Assembly (NCBI GenBank): GCA_043228905.1 | Contig: JBHGNT010000004.1 | Location: forward strand, 248,001 to 312,000 | DNA from: Azolla caroliniana | Taxonomy: Eukaryota; Plantae; Polypodiophyta | Direction: 5' to 3' | DNA: 64,000 bases | Shown here: piece after piece, positions 12,287-24,900 of the stretch | Numbering within the stretch: position 1 is the first letter of the stretch | Layout: every line of letters begins with the position of its first letter | Notes under the pieces: model-generated | Seen by the model: only the letters and a program-made list of their open reading frames with translations | Database searches by the model: none | What the model was told of the DNA's origin: nothing | Position numbers and translations under genes: made by a program

Positions 12287-13990
12287 TTTGTGAAAACATA
12301 CAATTATGTTAATTGTAACCACTTCATTGATACCTCTCCCACTTACTACTATTTTCTATTATTTGCTTCAGCCCTTTATGCACTTCATCTCCCTCTACCT
12401 TCTTATTCAAATTTACTGTAACATGTATCATCCTAAGGTTACCATTTCCGTGTTTTTAATATCACAACACATTTCCATTTATTTATTTATCTCCACCACA
12501 TACACTGGAGCATGCAAGATATATACATTTTAATGTCCATCCTATCAGCTTCTGTGAAAAATACAATTTCACTGCCAATATGGTGGTTGCAAACAATATA
12601 GGTACGCACCATCATGATTGATAATCTTGCTGTCCCGACCTCCTGATGACAAGGTCGGTCCATTCCATGCAAGGCTTCCAACTCTGAGAGAGTGCCCTCC
12701 CATCGATCGAATCTGGACATCATTCAGAGCATAAATAATTGACCAAGCCGAAGACGTCAAAGCCATATGTGATCCATGACACATTAAAGGCCGAATTACA
12801 TTTGATCCATGAAATATCAAAGATTCAATTATATGAAGCATAATTAAATATGTATATTTACACGTTCCAGCTTTTCTTAAACCTAATCACATGTAATCCA
12901 TGACACTAATGCCCTGAAACTAATCAAATGCAATCAATGAAACATCATCATCAAAAGGAAATACCTTGTGTCCTTTACCAGTATCCCATATCTGTACATC
13001 AGCTGAGTTTATTCCTATGGCGATGTGCTTTCCATCTGCAGCCCAAGCAATACTTGTGACGCAGTCACCATGCTCCTCTGTCTGCATTAGCTCACTGATA
13101 GCACCTGATTCTGCATCCCATAGATACACAGATGCCCCTAACGCCACTGCTAGAACATTCCTAGAACTCCAATCCAGTAAATTTAAGTAATAATCATCCA
13201 CCAGTTCAGGCGCATCAAGGATCCTTTCTGGTGACTGCATTTGTTTATAGAATTATTCGAAGCAGTTAGGAACACTAATTTAATAAGAAATAGTATTAAC
13301 ACCTAAATGGCTAATTAGTTCGTGCAGTCATACAACTTAATATGAAACAACTGCAGTAAAGACCTGAGGAATTTTTCTATATATCTTCCGTCCAGGATAG
13401 TTTCTGGAGGTAGATTGCAATAAAAATTCTCTGAGATTTTTGCTGGCATTAGAAACTGAGATTTTCTTTCTCTTAAAAGCGAGAATCTTCTTCTGATCTC
13501 CGGACACATTTCCATCATGAAGAAGACTTGCTGCAAGTTTATTCCTGTACTCCTCCTTCAACACATCCAATTTCAGGGAATACTTGTTTAGAGAAATTCG
13601 TTTTCAGATGAGCGTAAATAAAACGCTAAAAAGGCTTTAAACATGAGCATTTCTGACCTTGGCAACGGAAGTAAGATTTACAGATGACGGAGGATTTTCA
13701 TCATGAGTTTCACGGAAGAGATTGAAATGAGCAATGTCCAAATCCATTGCCCCACGACTTGGAATAAATCTATCACCCTGAGATGGAACAGAGATTGGAT
13801 TCTGTGTTCGAATATCCATATACTTTACGGCTATAATAGCACAGACAGGAAAACTTACGTCGTATGATCCATGATTGAATTCGTTCTTATGGAATGAAGC
13901 AAATATATCAGATGAAAGGACAGGCAATATCGGCTTTCTGCTCGGTCTAAACCCATGCTTCCTGTGTTGTGGTGGTAGTGTGGCTAACAT
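10828..13990 (-). CDS. CDC20: CDC20/Fizzy APC/C co-activator (WD40)
   Basis: C-box DRFIPSR, KILAF Mad2-binding motif, [20 protein letters not shown]40 repeats and a C-terminal IR tail. Exons: (13990 or internal start)-13658, 13555-13364, 13234-12965, 12712-12610, 12195-11885, 11611-11462, 10980-10828. The N-terminal start is uncertain. Confidence 0.93.
12224..12280. repeat. (CT)n microsatellite in a CDC20 intron
   Basis: Pure CT dinucleotide run. Confidence 0.95.
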
Positions 13991-14730
13991 ATGTCCTGTA
14001 AGGAATTAACTAGCAGCGTTTGGAGAGAAAAATGATGAAAATGGAATTCTATACGAGGAGAGCTCAAAGGAATCAAGAAGGATAGGAGGAAAAAGTAGTT
14101 CAAACAAATACTGCGATGCAAGAGAAACAGGAAATAAACACACGATGAGAATATAAAACGTCTTTGGAAAATATTACCTGCGCAAAGATAGATCGGGTAA
14201 TCGTAGAAAATCAAGAAAGGTTTAAGGTACTGAAGAAGAGGTCAAGAAGGGACTGAAATAATCAAAATCACTCAGATTCTTGCAGGAAAATTCTACAATA
14301 AAGAAATTTCAAGTAGAATTTGCTTCACTTACTTATTCTTGGATTTGCAGAAGAACGTAACCTTGTAGATTTATCTCCGTGTGTATTCACAGAAATGTTG
14401 TCACTGAATGTACGTTTAATTGAAAATACATATAGTTGATTGTCATTCTGTAAATTTGAGGCGACAGTTTCTTCTTCGAACCTGCAAAAGAGAGCTGAGG
14501 CCGATGTGGTCACAGAATCTCGAAGGTTATAAGCACAAATTAGATCGTAATTAGGCCGAGTTCGTGACAACAATCCTCTCTGTAAAGGTGAGACTGCAAA
14601 GGATTGCTGCTGGTTGGCGATGTGATCCGTCAGAGACAGACAGACAGACAGATGCTTAGCAATGCACAGAAACGTACGTCAGAATTGGCGATGGCGATGG
14701 CGATGGCGATGGCGAGAAAGAAAGTAATAA

Positions 14731-14749
14731 TATAAACGGCAATTTGAAA
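14731..14749. promoter_or_regulatory. Possible MSA core (AACGG) with adjacent CHR-like TTTGAA upstream of CDC20
   Basis: Sequence tataaacggcaatttgaaa. MSA elements drive G2/M transcription in plants, but this is a single short match. Confidence 0.3.
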
Positions 14750-14792
14750 GGAATAAAAAAAGCTGGATGATGAATATGATTTTCATACGAGT

Positions 14793-14905
14793 AAAATACG
14801 TAGGGGTAGTTTGGTAAATCAGAAAACTTCGTAGGGGTATTGTGGGAAATCAGCAAAATCCGTAGGGGTATTTGGGAAATCAGTAAAATCGGTAGGGGCA
14901 TTTCA
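14793..14905. repeat. Four ~31-bp tandem units with TAGGGGTATT core, upstream of CDC20
   Basis: tagggg[tc]a occurs at 14801, 14832, 14863 and 14893; the first three are each followed by g[gt]aaatcag. Confidence 0.8.
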
Positions 14906-15412
14906 AGGATTTTCCATGTCTCCCTCTCACTTAGTGGAGTGAGGGGGGCTATCTCTATCTAAGGCCTCCGAACTCAAAGCTCCGCAGTTCCTAATATTTG
15001 GTCTCCTTCTTCCCACATACATCTATGAGAAGCTTCTCAATGCTCTCCTTCCGTCATTTCAGTCGGAACACTATTTTTTTCCCGTGATGAATATCTCAAC
15101 TTTTAGACTTGCATTTTTGGTTTGTAGAATCTCTAGCGAATGAATATGTAAAACCTTGGCTGCATTTATTTAAACATCGATTCAATCTCGTAACTCCGAT
15201 TTTGTTATTCAAGTGCCACGTTGCATATGGTATCGTAAAACAATGTTAAACATGTATGTACACGTTCATGTATGAAAACAATCTTCACACGAGCGTTTGA
15301 AGTTTTAGCAAAAAACTTAAAGACTTATAGATTCACCATACCTAATTTATAATTTATATTTTCATTCTTCTCTTCTTTTGCAAGTAGTAAGCATAACACC
15401 AAGGATGGTCCT

Positions 15413-15652
15413 GTGCAATCACTCATATCGTGATGGAGTAAACTCGCTTTGTGTGTTTGCATTTGTCTTGTTTTCTTGCATGCATCCCGACCTCTTGTTT
15501 CTCTCTAGCTAGTTCTCACGTTTCATCCAAAAACCTACAAGAGAAATGTGAGAGCTAAGCAAAGTGCAATGTAAGGCTAGGACACTTGCAATAAACAAAG
15601 GAAAGCAAACACTTCCATGGGATTGGAGCCATCACTACATGAGAGATTGCAC
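15413..15652. repeat. Degenerate ~240-bp fold-back (long inverted repeat; MITE-like or hairpin locus)
   Basis: Left arm gtgcaatcactcatatcgtgatgg...gtgtttgcatttgtcttgttttcttgca...ttctcacgtttc pairs with right arm gaaatgtgagagc...tgcaataaacaaaggaaagcaaacac...ccatcactacatgagagattgcac. The loop is about 20 nt. Confidence 0.7.
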
Positions 15653-16664
15653 GTGCATGTTCTATGATAGGTCTTGCATTTGTTGAAGGGTCAATTTTCA
15701 TTGGGGTTTGGAAGAAACACTTTTGCCTTTGCTGTTGTCGATCGTCGAGATCCCAATATAAATCAATCTTCCATGATCAAGGTCCTTGCAAAACAAAGCA
15801 CATGTTTGTTTCGTTGTTGAGTGCGTGTTTGAGGACCTAAATTTAAAGTGGCAATAAAATAAGGATCTCATCGACATATGTACATGCAGCCAAGAACAAT
15901 AATCATAATGCAAAAATTGAGGATAATGGTTGGATTAATAAAACATAATTAATGCACATTCATTATGCATATCTAATATCAAATATGTTGCCATCCAATT
16001 CGATCCTCCTATGGCTAGGAAAAATGGATAAATTTATAATCCTAGAACAATTATTGTCAATGTTCTATTATGCATTTGTCATTTCATAAAATGTCAATTG
16101 TAATTTACACGTGATTCTTAATGTTGTCAATAGTGCCAAAATCAACCACATCAATATAAAGGACCTTTTAAGCAAAGGAAGTAGCATTATATTATGCATG
16201 TGATGGCATGTGATCAAATCTCTTTCCATTTCAAAACTCAATCAATTCTCAAACATACATTTCAAATCAAGTTTTATATGAGAAGTGTCTTTGCATGTTG
16301 CAAGTTGGCATACTAGTTTGTTTTGGATCATAACTAGCAACACGTTTCAAGTTCATATTGATCAAGACACGGCTCAAGGTCAATAAGACAATCGGGAAGT
16401 GAGAAAGATGGATTGGCTACAGGTGTAATCCCTAAGTAAATTGCATTGAGGTAATGATTGGAAGATTAACTATTGTATGTAGATGGACGTTGTTCAATTT
16501 TTGTAGCTAATAAGGATCCAAAACTGATTAAGAGGGAAAATTTTTGAGCAAAGGGCATGTAACTGTATTTTTATAAAACATTCTGGGGTACTTTTGATTA
16601 TGTTCCAACTTAAACCAAATGTTTTCTCAATGTTACAAGTACTTCTTGTGCATGGTTGTATGTA

Positions 16665-17025
16665 ACAATCGGCAATGGTTCGGTTTGAACCGAACCGAAC
16701 CGCAAAACCGTGGTTTAACGGTTCGGTTCGGTTTCAACAATCAAAAACCGTGGTTTAACGGTTTTTAATTTTTAATTTTTTTAATTTTTAAAAAAAATAT
16801 AAAAATTAAAAATTGTTTTTAAACAATCTTTTCATTTTTACACCTTATTCTCACATTTTAGGAACATCTTAAAAAAATTAAAAATTCTAAATAATGAAAT
16901 ATTATAAATTTAAAAAAATTAAAAATTAAAAATTACATTTTTGACCTATTTAACGGTTTGAAAAATGTTTAACGGTTCGGTTCGGTTCGGTTTGGACCCT
17001 TCCGAACCAAACCATTGCCGATTGT
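16665..17025. mobile_element. MITE with TIR ACAATCGGCAATGGTT, AACCG subterminal repeats and apparent TA target duplication
   Basis: ta|acaatcggcaatggttcggtt at 16663 and aaccaaaccattgccgattgt|ta ending at 17027. AT-rich interior with many cggtt/aaccg repeats. Confidence 0.85.
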
Positions 17026-18121
17026 TAGTTGCATGGGATGTCAAGGGGGAAAATACGTTAATGAATGTTATAACATTATGTGAAATCTTGGATTGATCAT
17101 ACCTACTTGACCTAGAATCAAACATTGGAATGATTTATATGAGTGTTTCGATAAACATGTTTCTAATGTCTCGGTTGTGAAGATGGCTACCAAATTCAAG
17201 CAATGACAAGTGAATTATACATTGTTATGTGCTTAGACTATGTTGTTCTTGACCAATCAAGAACTCATTGATATCCAATATTGTTTGTTAAGTGAGACAC
17301 ATGAATATCATTACATGGAAAATGTTTATATTTGTAAGAAGTTCAAGTAAAGATGCACATTCATGTGGCATAAAACATAACTTGGTTGGAACTTGAACAA
17401 GAAAAGAGGTGCAATTTCAACTTGTGGCATTTTATCCCCTTGATTCTCACATGACGATGTCTTCCTAGAGTGGGTTAGAAAGGGCCTTCGTAAAGAAAGA
17501 GGAATTGCTTCTTGAATAATGTATGCAGAAGTTTATGTTGAAGCAATTATCATTTTCTAGTCTCAAACAGCATTAGCAAAAGTTGAAAGTCGCTAGAAAA
17601 TATTATATGTTTGGAAGGGTGTTCTGCCAGAGGTTCTTCACGTTCATATTTTAAACTTCTACCACTATGAATGACCAAGTAGTGTTAATGAGTTAAGCAT
17701 GCACAAGTATGAATAAATGAAGGTTTTGGAGCATCTTATCCTGAGCCTACTTGATGACTCTTGCATTCACTCAGAAATGAAATTTGCTCAATTCTTTGGC
17801 ATTACTTTATATTTGAATCAAGTGGAATAGTATAAACAAGAACATTTTGGTCCAATAAACAATTTGTGCCCCTTAATGTCTGTGTATGCCTTTTTTTACA
17901 GTAATATAGATGCATTATCCAATTCTCATGGCATCCATTCATTTTTTTAAAAATCCTCAAAGAGAGGACTGTATCAATTATAGCTCCTTGAAACTTCCTG
18001 ATGCAATGCAGTGATCTCCGTTATCTATCAAAACTTTTCAATGAGTAGCCTCAAGAAAATAATCATGTTGTGAAGATAGTATACAAGTGAGTGTGTAGAT
18101 CCAATCTGGATTTTGTTATTC

Positions 18122-19837
18122 TTAATTTACCTTTGTTCCAAATCTTGCATCTCCTGGACAACAAATATGGCCAGAAGCCGCATATATGTTTGCCATGCAC
18201 GCATATGCAGATGTGCATTTCTCATCTATCCCCACTGACTTCTCAAAGGCCCACCTCCCAATCTCCACATTCTCCCATTTTTGGCAAGCACTTAGAAGAG
18301 CTAACCACATCGGAAGGTGATTGGAAGATATCATCGCTTTCTCAATCAAAACCAAAGCTTCGCCGAAGTTCCCAGTGCGGCCAAAGAGATCAACCATGCA
18401 TGTATAATGTTCTACATCTGGAGTGAGAAAGTAGACTTTTTCCATGTCATTCAACATCCTCTTCCCTTCCTTGACTAAGCCATCATGGCATGACACATTC
18501 AATAGATTAAGGAAAGTCACCGAATCTGGCATAGCTGTGCCTTGTTCTGTTATCATTTTGTTGAACACGTCAAAAACCTTTTGGGCATCACCAAGCTGGG
18601 CATATCCCGACATAAGTGCATTCCATGACACAACACTTTGTAAAGGAATCAGATCAAATACCTCATGTGCTCTCCCAAGTGCACCACATTTCGCATACAT
18701 ATCGACCAATGCAGTGCAAAGCACTACATCTTTCTCAGACAGCCCCCTCTCTAAGACTTGGCCATGCACCTCCTTTCCTGTCTCATATGATCCCAAAGTA
18801 GCACAAGCCTTCAGAATGCAAAGAAAGGTTACGATATTGGGAAAGTGACCCTCATCTTGCATATTTCGGAAGCAATTCAAGGCTTGATGTGCAAGCCCAT
18901 GCTGAACATACCCTGATATCAATACATTCCATGATACAACATTCCTCTTTGGAATTCCCTCCTCAAACAACTCTTGTGCCTTATCCAACTTTCCACACTT
19001 TGCATACATATCCATCAAGGCCGTGCTGATGAAGACATTTGTACCAATTAACCCTTGCTTTCCGACCTCATAATGTATCATTTCTCCAAACTCGAGAGCT
19101 CCGATGCTACTACAAGCTTTCAAAATACAGACATACGTGATTGCATCTGGGCATATGCCATCGACATCTCTCATATGCATATAACATTTCAAAGCTTCAT
19201 TGCCACAGCCATGTCTGGCATATCCTGAAACCAATGCAGTCCAACATACAACATTTCGGATCGGAATCTCATTGAAAAACACTTCTCGTGCCTTCATCAT
19301 CATACCACATTTAGCATACATGTCCACTAACGCTGTGCCGAGCACAACGCCCTTATCTAGAAATAGCAACCCAGTCTTGCTAATTTCGGCATGTATTTCT
19401 TCGCCGGTTGAAAGGGACCCAATGGCACTGCAAGCTTTCAAAACGCAAGTAAAAGTGACTGCATTTGGAGAAATACCCTCATTCTGCATTTGCTTAAAGA
19501 AACGTAAGGCTTCATCATGAAACCCACTTTGGGCATATCCGGAGATCAATGCTGTCCAACTGATGACATTCCGCTCTGGAAGCTCATCAAACAAGTCCTG
19601 TGCTTCTCTCAAACCGCCACATTTGGCATACATACTAATCAATGCATTATTCATGCATATGTCTTTAGGAAACCATGGCTTGTGAAGATGAAGATGATGA
19701 CAAAGGTCAGCATGGAATCTTCTAGCTTCCTCCACATCCTTTAGACTCCCACATGTCTTGATGAGGTGCAGCAGGTCACTTCGACCTTGAATTTCTCTTG
19801 GATTTGGGGCTATGGCAGATTGAGCCAAGGTATTCAT
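18122..19837 (-). CDS. PLS-class pentatricopeptide repeat protein with E domain, no DYW (organellar RNA-editing factor family)
   Basis: Intronless 571-aa ORF with repeated P/L/S triplets (NALISMYAKCG...A..LFDELPERNVISWTALISGYAQ; PNAVTFTCVLKAC), followed by HYTCMVDLFGRTG and an E-type WLALLSAC...AYACMANIYAASG. Confidence 0.95.
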   Translation of the reverse strand: MNTLAQSAIAPNPREIQGRSDLLHLIKTCGSLKDVEEARRFHADLCHHLHLHKPWFPKDICMNNALISMYAKCGGLREAQDLFDELPERNVISWTALISGYAQSGFHDEALRFFKQMQNEGISPNAVTFTCVLKACSAIGSLSTGEEIHAEISKTGLLFLDKGVVLGTALVDMYAKCGMMMKAREVFFNEIPIRNVVCWTALVSGYARHGCGNEALKCYMHMRDVDGICPDAITYVCILKACSSIGALEFGEMIHYEVGKQGLIGTNVFISTALMDMYAKCGKLDKAQELFEEGIPKRNVVSWNVLISGYVQHGLAHQALNCFRNMQDEGHFPNIVTFLCILKACATLGSYETGKEVHGQVLERGLSEKDVVLCTALVDMYAKCGALGRAHEVFDLIPLQSVVSWNALMSGYAQLGDAQKVFDVFNKMITEQGTAMPDSVTFLNLLNVSCHDGLVKEGKRMLNDMEKVYFLTPDVEHYTCMVDLFGRTGNFGEALVLIEKAMISSNHLPMWLALLSACQKWENVEIGRWAFEKSVGIDEKCTSAYACMANIYAASGHICCPGDARFGTKVN

Positions 19838-20559
19838 TCATGGAAGAAGCATGAGATGTTCCAAGTCTGGATAATCCTGGATCGAAGCCTCCCAGGTGTC
19901 CCTCTCGTTTTTCTTTATCGCCGAAATGCCCCTATGTTCTCCAAATTTCCCCTGATTGTGGTTGACCACTCATCTTATCGAAAACCTGCCCCCACCCCCC
20001 TTTACCCTTCTTCGTATATTCTATTTTGAGGGGTATTTTTGGTAATTTTGTAAATTTATTGACCTATCATTGTAAGAATGCAAGAAAAAGAGCTAGGCCA
20101 TGGGGTGTATATGTGTTATCTCAATGAATTAAATGTGTGAGTTGACACAACACCATGCGAGCAACATATTCATATTCATTGTTGATTGTGTGACGACGAT
20201 TTTGTTTGTTGGTTGAAATGACATGGGGTGAATGTTGGACCACTTTGCTAAATGTCGCATATCTCACCTTAGCTTTATCTAAATTCAAAACAATTTGATT
20301 CAATGAATCCTTCGTGTTTTTGCAATTTGGATTTGAAATACCCATGATTCTTGTTGTTTAGTCATTCAAGCGTGTCATTGCAATTGCTTTCAACATCCAT
20401 GTATAGATCGAGAGACATAATCAAATGTAGAATGCCAATATGCCCTACTAAAAGTTGTCTTTATTTCTCCAAACACCCCATTGTTTTTGTTGTCTCCCCT
20501 AGAAAGCCTTGGTCAACTCATGAAAGAAAGATGGGGGAGGGGGGAGAATCGATCATATA

Positions 20560-21960
20560 CTTCCTTAGATAACACATGGAACTCAAATTTTACCACACAA
20601 TTGCTCAAACATGTTACATAGTTTATTCTTGTATACGTTGATCAAGGATCTCTAACAAAAACTCAAGGGCATACCAAGATAAAATCATTCATATCATGTT
20701 TTCCAAATGATGAAATCCTTAGGCTGGATGGACTAACGGCTGAATCTCTTTAACATGTATGTAGTCAACTTGAAGAGGTCACTCACATTATTGTTTGAAC
20801 TTTGGGTCTTCTGCCTTCCTTGTGGAAGATTTTGTTGGTAAAGTTAGTGCGTAACATTTGGTTTTGATGGTTTTTCTCCGTAGGGGAATGATTAAGTTCA
20901 AAAAAAATGAGATAACAACATCTTGGTGAGATGCATTGAATAGGGATATATAAATGAAATGTCCAAGGTCAATAGTTGTAAAAGCAATTGTTGCTTCTTG
21001 GCAAAGTGTTTTAAAATTTGTGTAATGGTATCATTGCAAGTGGAGCTACTTTGGGCTTTGAGAACATTGTGATGGGAGGATGAGCATTCCAAGGTCAATT
21101 TTCTCATATGGCAATGCTTGGGTTGGTTGATCAATTGTGGGCTTCTTGGCAAAATGTTTTAGAATGTGTAGTGGTATCCCGCACTAGGGAGGGAGATTGC
21201 AAATGGAGGTACTTTGAACTTCGAGAACAGTGCGGTGAGATGGTAAGCATTCCAAGTTCCATTTTCTCGGATTGCAATGACGGCTACCCAATTCAGAATT
21301 ATGGCTTTTAGAAAAGCTAGGATGAGATTTAGTATTCCTAGAAGTGATGGACATTTTTGGTCTAAGATAGAGGGTTTGTCAATTTTATAATGCTTAGTTG
21401 CAAATTTCCTCAAAGTTTTCACCTAAAGGTTGAGACTAATTGAAACTTTGCAGGAAATATCAAAGTAAAAAGCAAATAATGTTTTTCATAAGCTAATTTG
21501 CATGCATGAGTGAATGGTAAAGAGTGTTGTAATAGAATCGAGAATTATGAATCCCTTGGCAATGTGTGATAGAGATGGGATGTCATTCATGCTCCACTTA
21601 GAGTTAAGGTGTATATTTGGAGAGTCGTGATTGGGGGTTTCCTTAATATCAGGATATTGCTAATGGAATTTACTTCTTTTGCATAACGGCTACGATCCAT
21701 GTGTATGATGCTCCAAGTCAAGGTGATTGACATGAAAACAATGAGCTTCTTGATGTCAATTTGCAAAATACATGGTTACAAATGTTTTTGAGACATTGTT
21801 GTCTCTCATTTATTGTTGGGAAAATCAAATTGTCGTATAGATCGTGGTGGAATTAGTGTTTGAAAAGAGAGGGATATCAAAACTCATCAATTCAAGTGAA
21901 TTGGGACAACGTCAATGAAAAAATGCATTCATGTTCTATGTATTGAAGTTCCATTCTATT
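20560..21960 (+). mobile_element. Heavily decayed, internally deleted L1-type LINE
   Basis: Remnants of the KSPGxDGLTAE motif (ggctggatggactaacggctgaa, ~20723) and VYIWRVVIGG (~21610), collinear with the better-preserved LINE at 48100-50745. Confidence 0.6.
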
Positions 21961-24900
21961 TTGGGCACCATATAACCTCGAGAAGACAAATAGAATATGT
22001 AAATCTAGTGCTTTTATTTACTAAAGGTTAAAAATGTAAGTATTGTTGTTTATGATATTTGGTTCATTTTCATGTTCTAATAAATAGTTTGAAGGACAAA
22101 ACATTTCGATAACACTTAAATTGGACCACCCTTTCATATTGTAGTATGTGGCAATTGGTAGAGAAAATGCCCTTAGCAATTTAACACCCTTGGTGCCAAA
22201 ATGGATATTTGTATTCCTTTCGAATGATAAAAGTGAATCAAAGAACAAAAGAGTAGTGCAAGTCTTTGTCATTGTGACATTGATGCTTGGTTGATTTAGT
22301 GGGCTAATAATTTAGAATAGAACAATGTGATGCATAGTAATCCCTCTATTATAAGGAAAAGTGTGGTTCTTGTTGAGAGATTACCTTTTTCCTTTCCACT
22401 TTCCAAAATAAATGGAGAGATTCTAAATGATTTATTAAAGTTCAAAGGTATCAATGGAGAATGAATATTGGCAGCATTATTCGTGTTAATCATTACAATT
22501 TCTTCACTCTCGATGGGACGATGATTTGATTATAGGTGTCGTATGTATCTATTAAATTGATGAAAAATGAAAGAGAGGTTTTACTAGGATATCTTTCCAC
22601 CATTTTATTGACTTATAGTCATGGTTCACCAATAGTAATTGAGACTCCCTTCTTGTCGAACAAGGGGTATTGATGATCTTTCAATAGGGCGCATGTTGTA
22701 TCTAATAATTTACATTCTTAGTGCTAAAAAGCAATGGCAAATTTCTTCTTCTTTATCTATGAGTTTGGAAGTAGAAGAACTATGCACATTGTCTTATAAG
22801 GTCATTGATGCCAACCATTTCTCTTTGCTTAAAACACGACTTCATTTAATGAGAAATGTACAACAAGATGAATTCCATATATGTACATACTTAAAAGAAG
22901 ATTTAAGTGTTTTCTGCCCATGTCTAAATTGAACACTAGAAGCAAACACATAACGTTTGCAAATTTTCAAATATAGTGGGAAAACTACATAATTTCTTTT
23001 TCCTTTTTACTTTAAATGGAAAAAGAATATGCTGGCAAATTATTGTATTGATCCGTTTGCCAAATAATCATTGCACTTATGGCTCATTAGTGTAAGGTTG
23101 CAAATAGACTTTACACCATAAATTATAATAACTCGAGCCATTATTGGATCCATGTGTTCTTTGTGCTTGAACAATAACATTTATGAAGCTTTTTGCATCA
23201 AACATCATGAGTTTGACACTCTGCCCACAATCCTAATATTTTAGATATTTCACAACTGATTGACAAAGTGCAAAAACAATTTCGTGCGCATATATTGCCA
23301 AACCCACACATATGGTGAAATCCACACACATAACAAACAAAGGCCAAGAAGATCCTTGTTAAGCATATCAAACAATCAATAAATAGTACAACATGTTGAA
23401 CACTACGTTTCTCAAATACTTCCATTTCATATGCATGTAAACTAATCTCATGTCAACCATGATCCATTTTCACTAATTTGGGAATACAATTTTATTTTTT
23501 CTCTAAAGCATGATCTTCAAATGTACAAGGTACTACTCCAATGAACTTTTGTTAATGAAATTTGAAAACCATGGTAAAGGTTTAAAAGCAAGTGGTGGTG
23601 GCTATGACTTCCTAATTGGGTATCTTTATTACTTTATGTACTAGCAACAAGTTTTGGGGTATTAGGCCTTACACCAACGTTATTTGCATTCATAATCAAA
23701 TGTAAAAATGTAGATTTATCCAGTATGCTCTCAATCTTGTGGCTTCATATGACATTGTTTTGTTTTTATTCTCTAGCTTGAATGTAAGAAGAGTTCCACT
23801 TCATTCATCTTTACGATAATACATACTACCAAACTAAGTCATTGGCATTTTCACTTGATCCAATGTTTGTTTACAACCACCATACTATAGTTAATGCAAT
23901 AAAGGCCATCTTGCTCCCCATAAATTAGGAAGGCTTACATTGGAACGAGTCTACGAGGTGTGCATGAGAAAACATGACTCATCATATGAATGGTGGGGTA
24001 GATGAAGAAGGCCATATAACCAATTATAGTGTAAGGCCTTGAAAATCTAACTCATTTGAATGTGGTCTTAAAGTGTAGTTCATAATGGAAAAGCCATGTT
24101 CGGTTTCCAATCTTATATAATGGATGTGGGAGGTAGTCATGAATTGCGTTATATTGTGAGATCATTGGATGTTTATCCTTATTTAATGGTGAATAGTTAG
24201 TGACACACGGCACCAACATCAGTTGGATTCTTCATCTAGTGACTTGATTGGAGAGCATTGTTGGGTAATAATTCGCAAACAACTAGTTCCAATTGGAGGA
24301 AGCGTGACTATATATGGTTAAAGCACATCAAATGCCCTTATAAACCACCCTCATCAATGCTTAAAAATAGCAACAATATAATATGATATACCTAAGCTTT
24401 TGTTATAGAAATCATTTATAATGTTTATGATCGGATGTAACTGTAACTCGTATGTTGTGAAGAGTGGTGCCAAACAAAGCGGAACAAACTTAAACATTCA
24501 TATGGATGTCGATTTTGGTCTCATTGACACAATCCGATTTGATAAGACATTATTTAATAAACTGCATAAAAAGATCGAAAGGGCTTGCCTTATAATTGGT
24601 CAATAAAAGTAAATAATGATGTCAAGGTTTCTTGCAATCAATGATTAAATAAGGAGTGGAAAATAAAACATAAATCATAAAATGATGATGGAAGAGAACT
24701 AGAAAAAATACTTGACAAATTATCAACTGATACATGTTTTGAAAATTACAAATTGTACATTGTTTTAGGAGTCTGACATAAACCTTCACTAGTTGAAAGT
24801 TCCAATTTTATCACCTCTCAAGAATAAAAAAAATCTCTCAAATGTTAACTGTATAACATGTCGGGTAACATACCTTCCACTCTAATCTAAGAAGGTTTTC

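Noticed and set aside
14793-14905. Regularly spaced ~31-bp repeats (also 63240-63392) as a CRISPR-like array
   Set aside because: Eukaryotic context, degenerate tandem units without unique spacers, and no cas genes.
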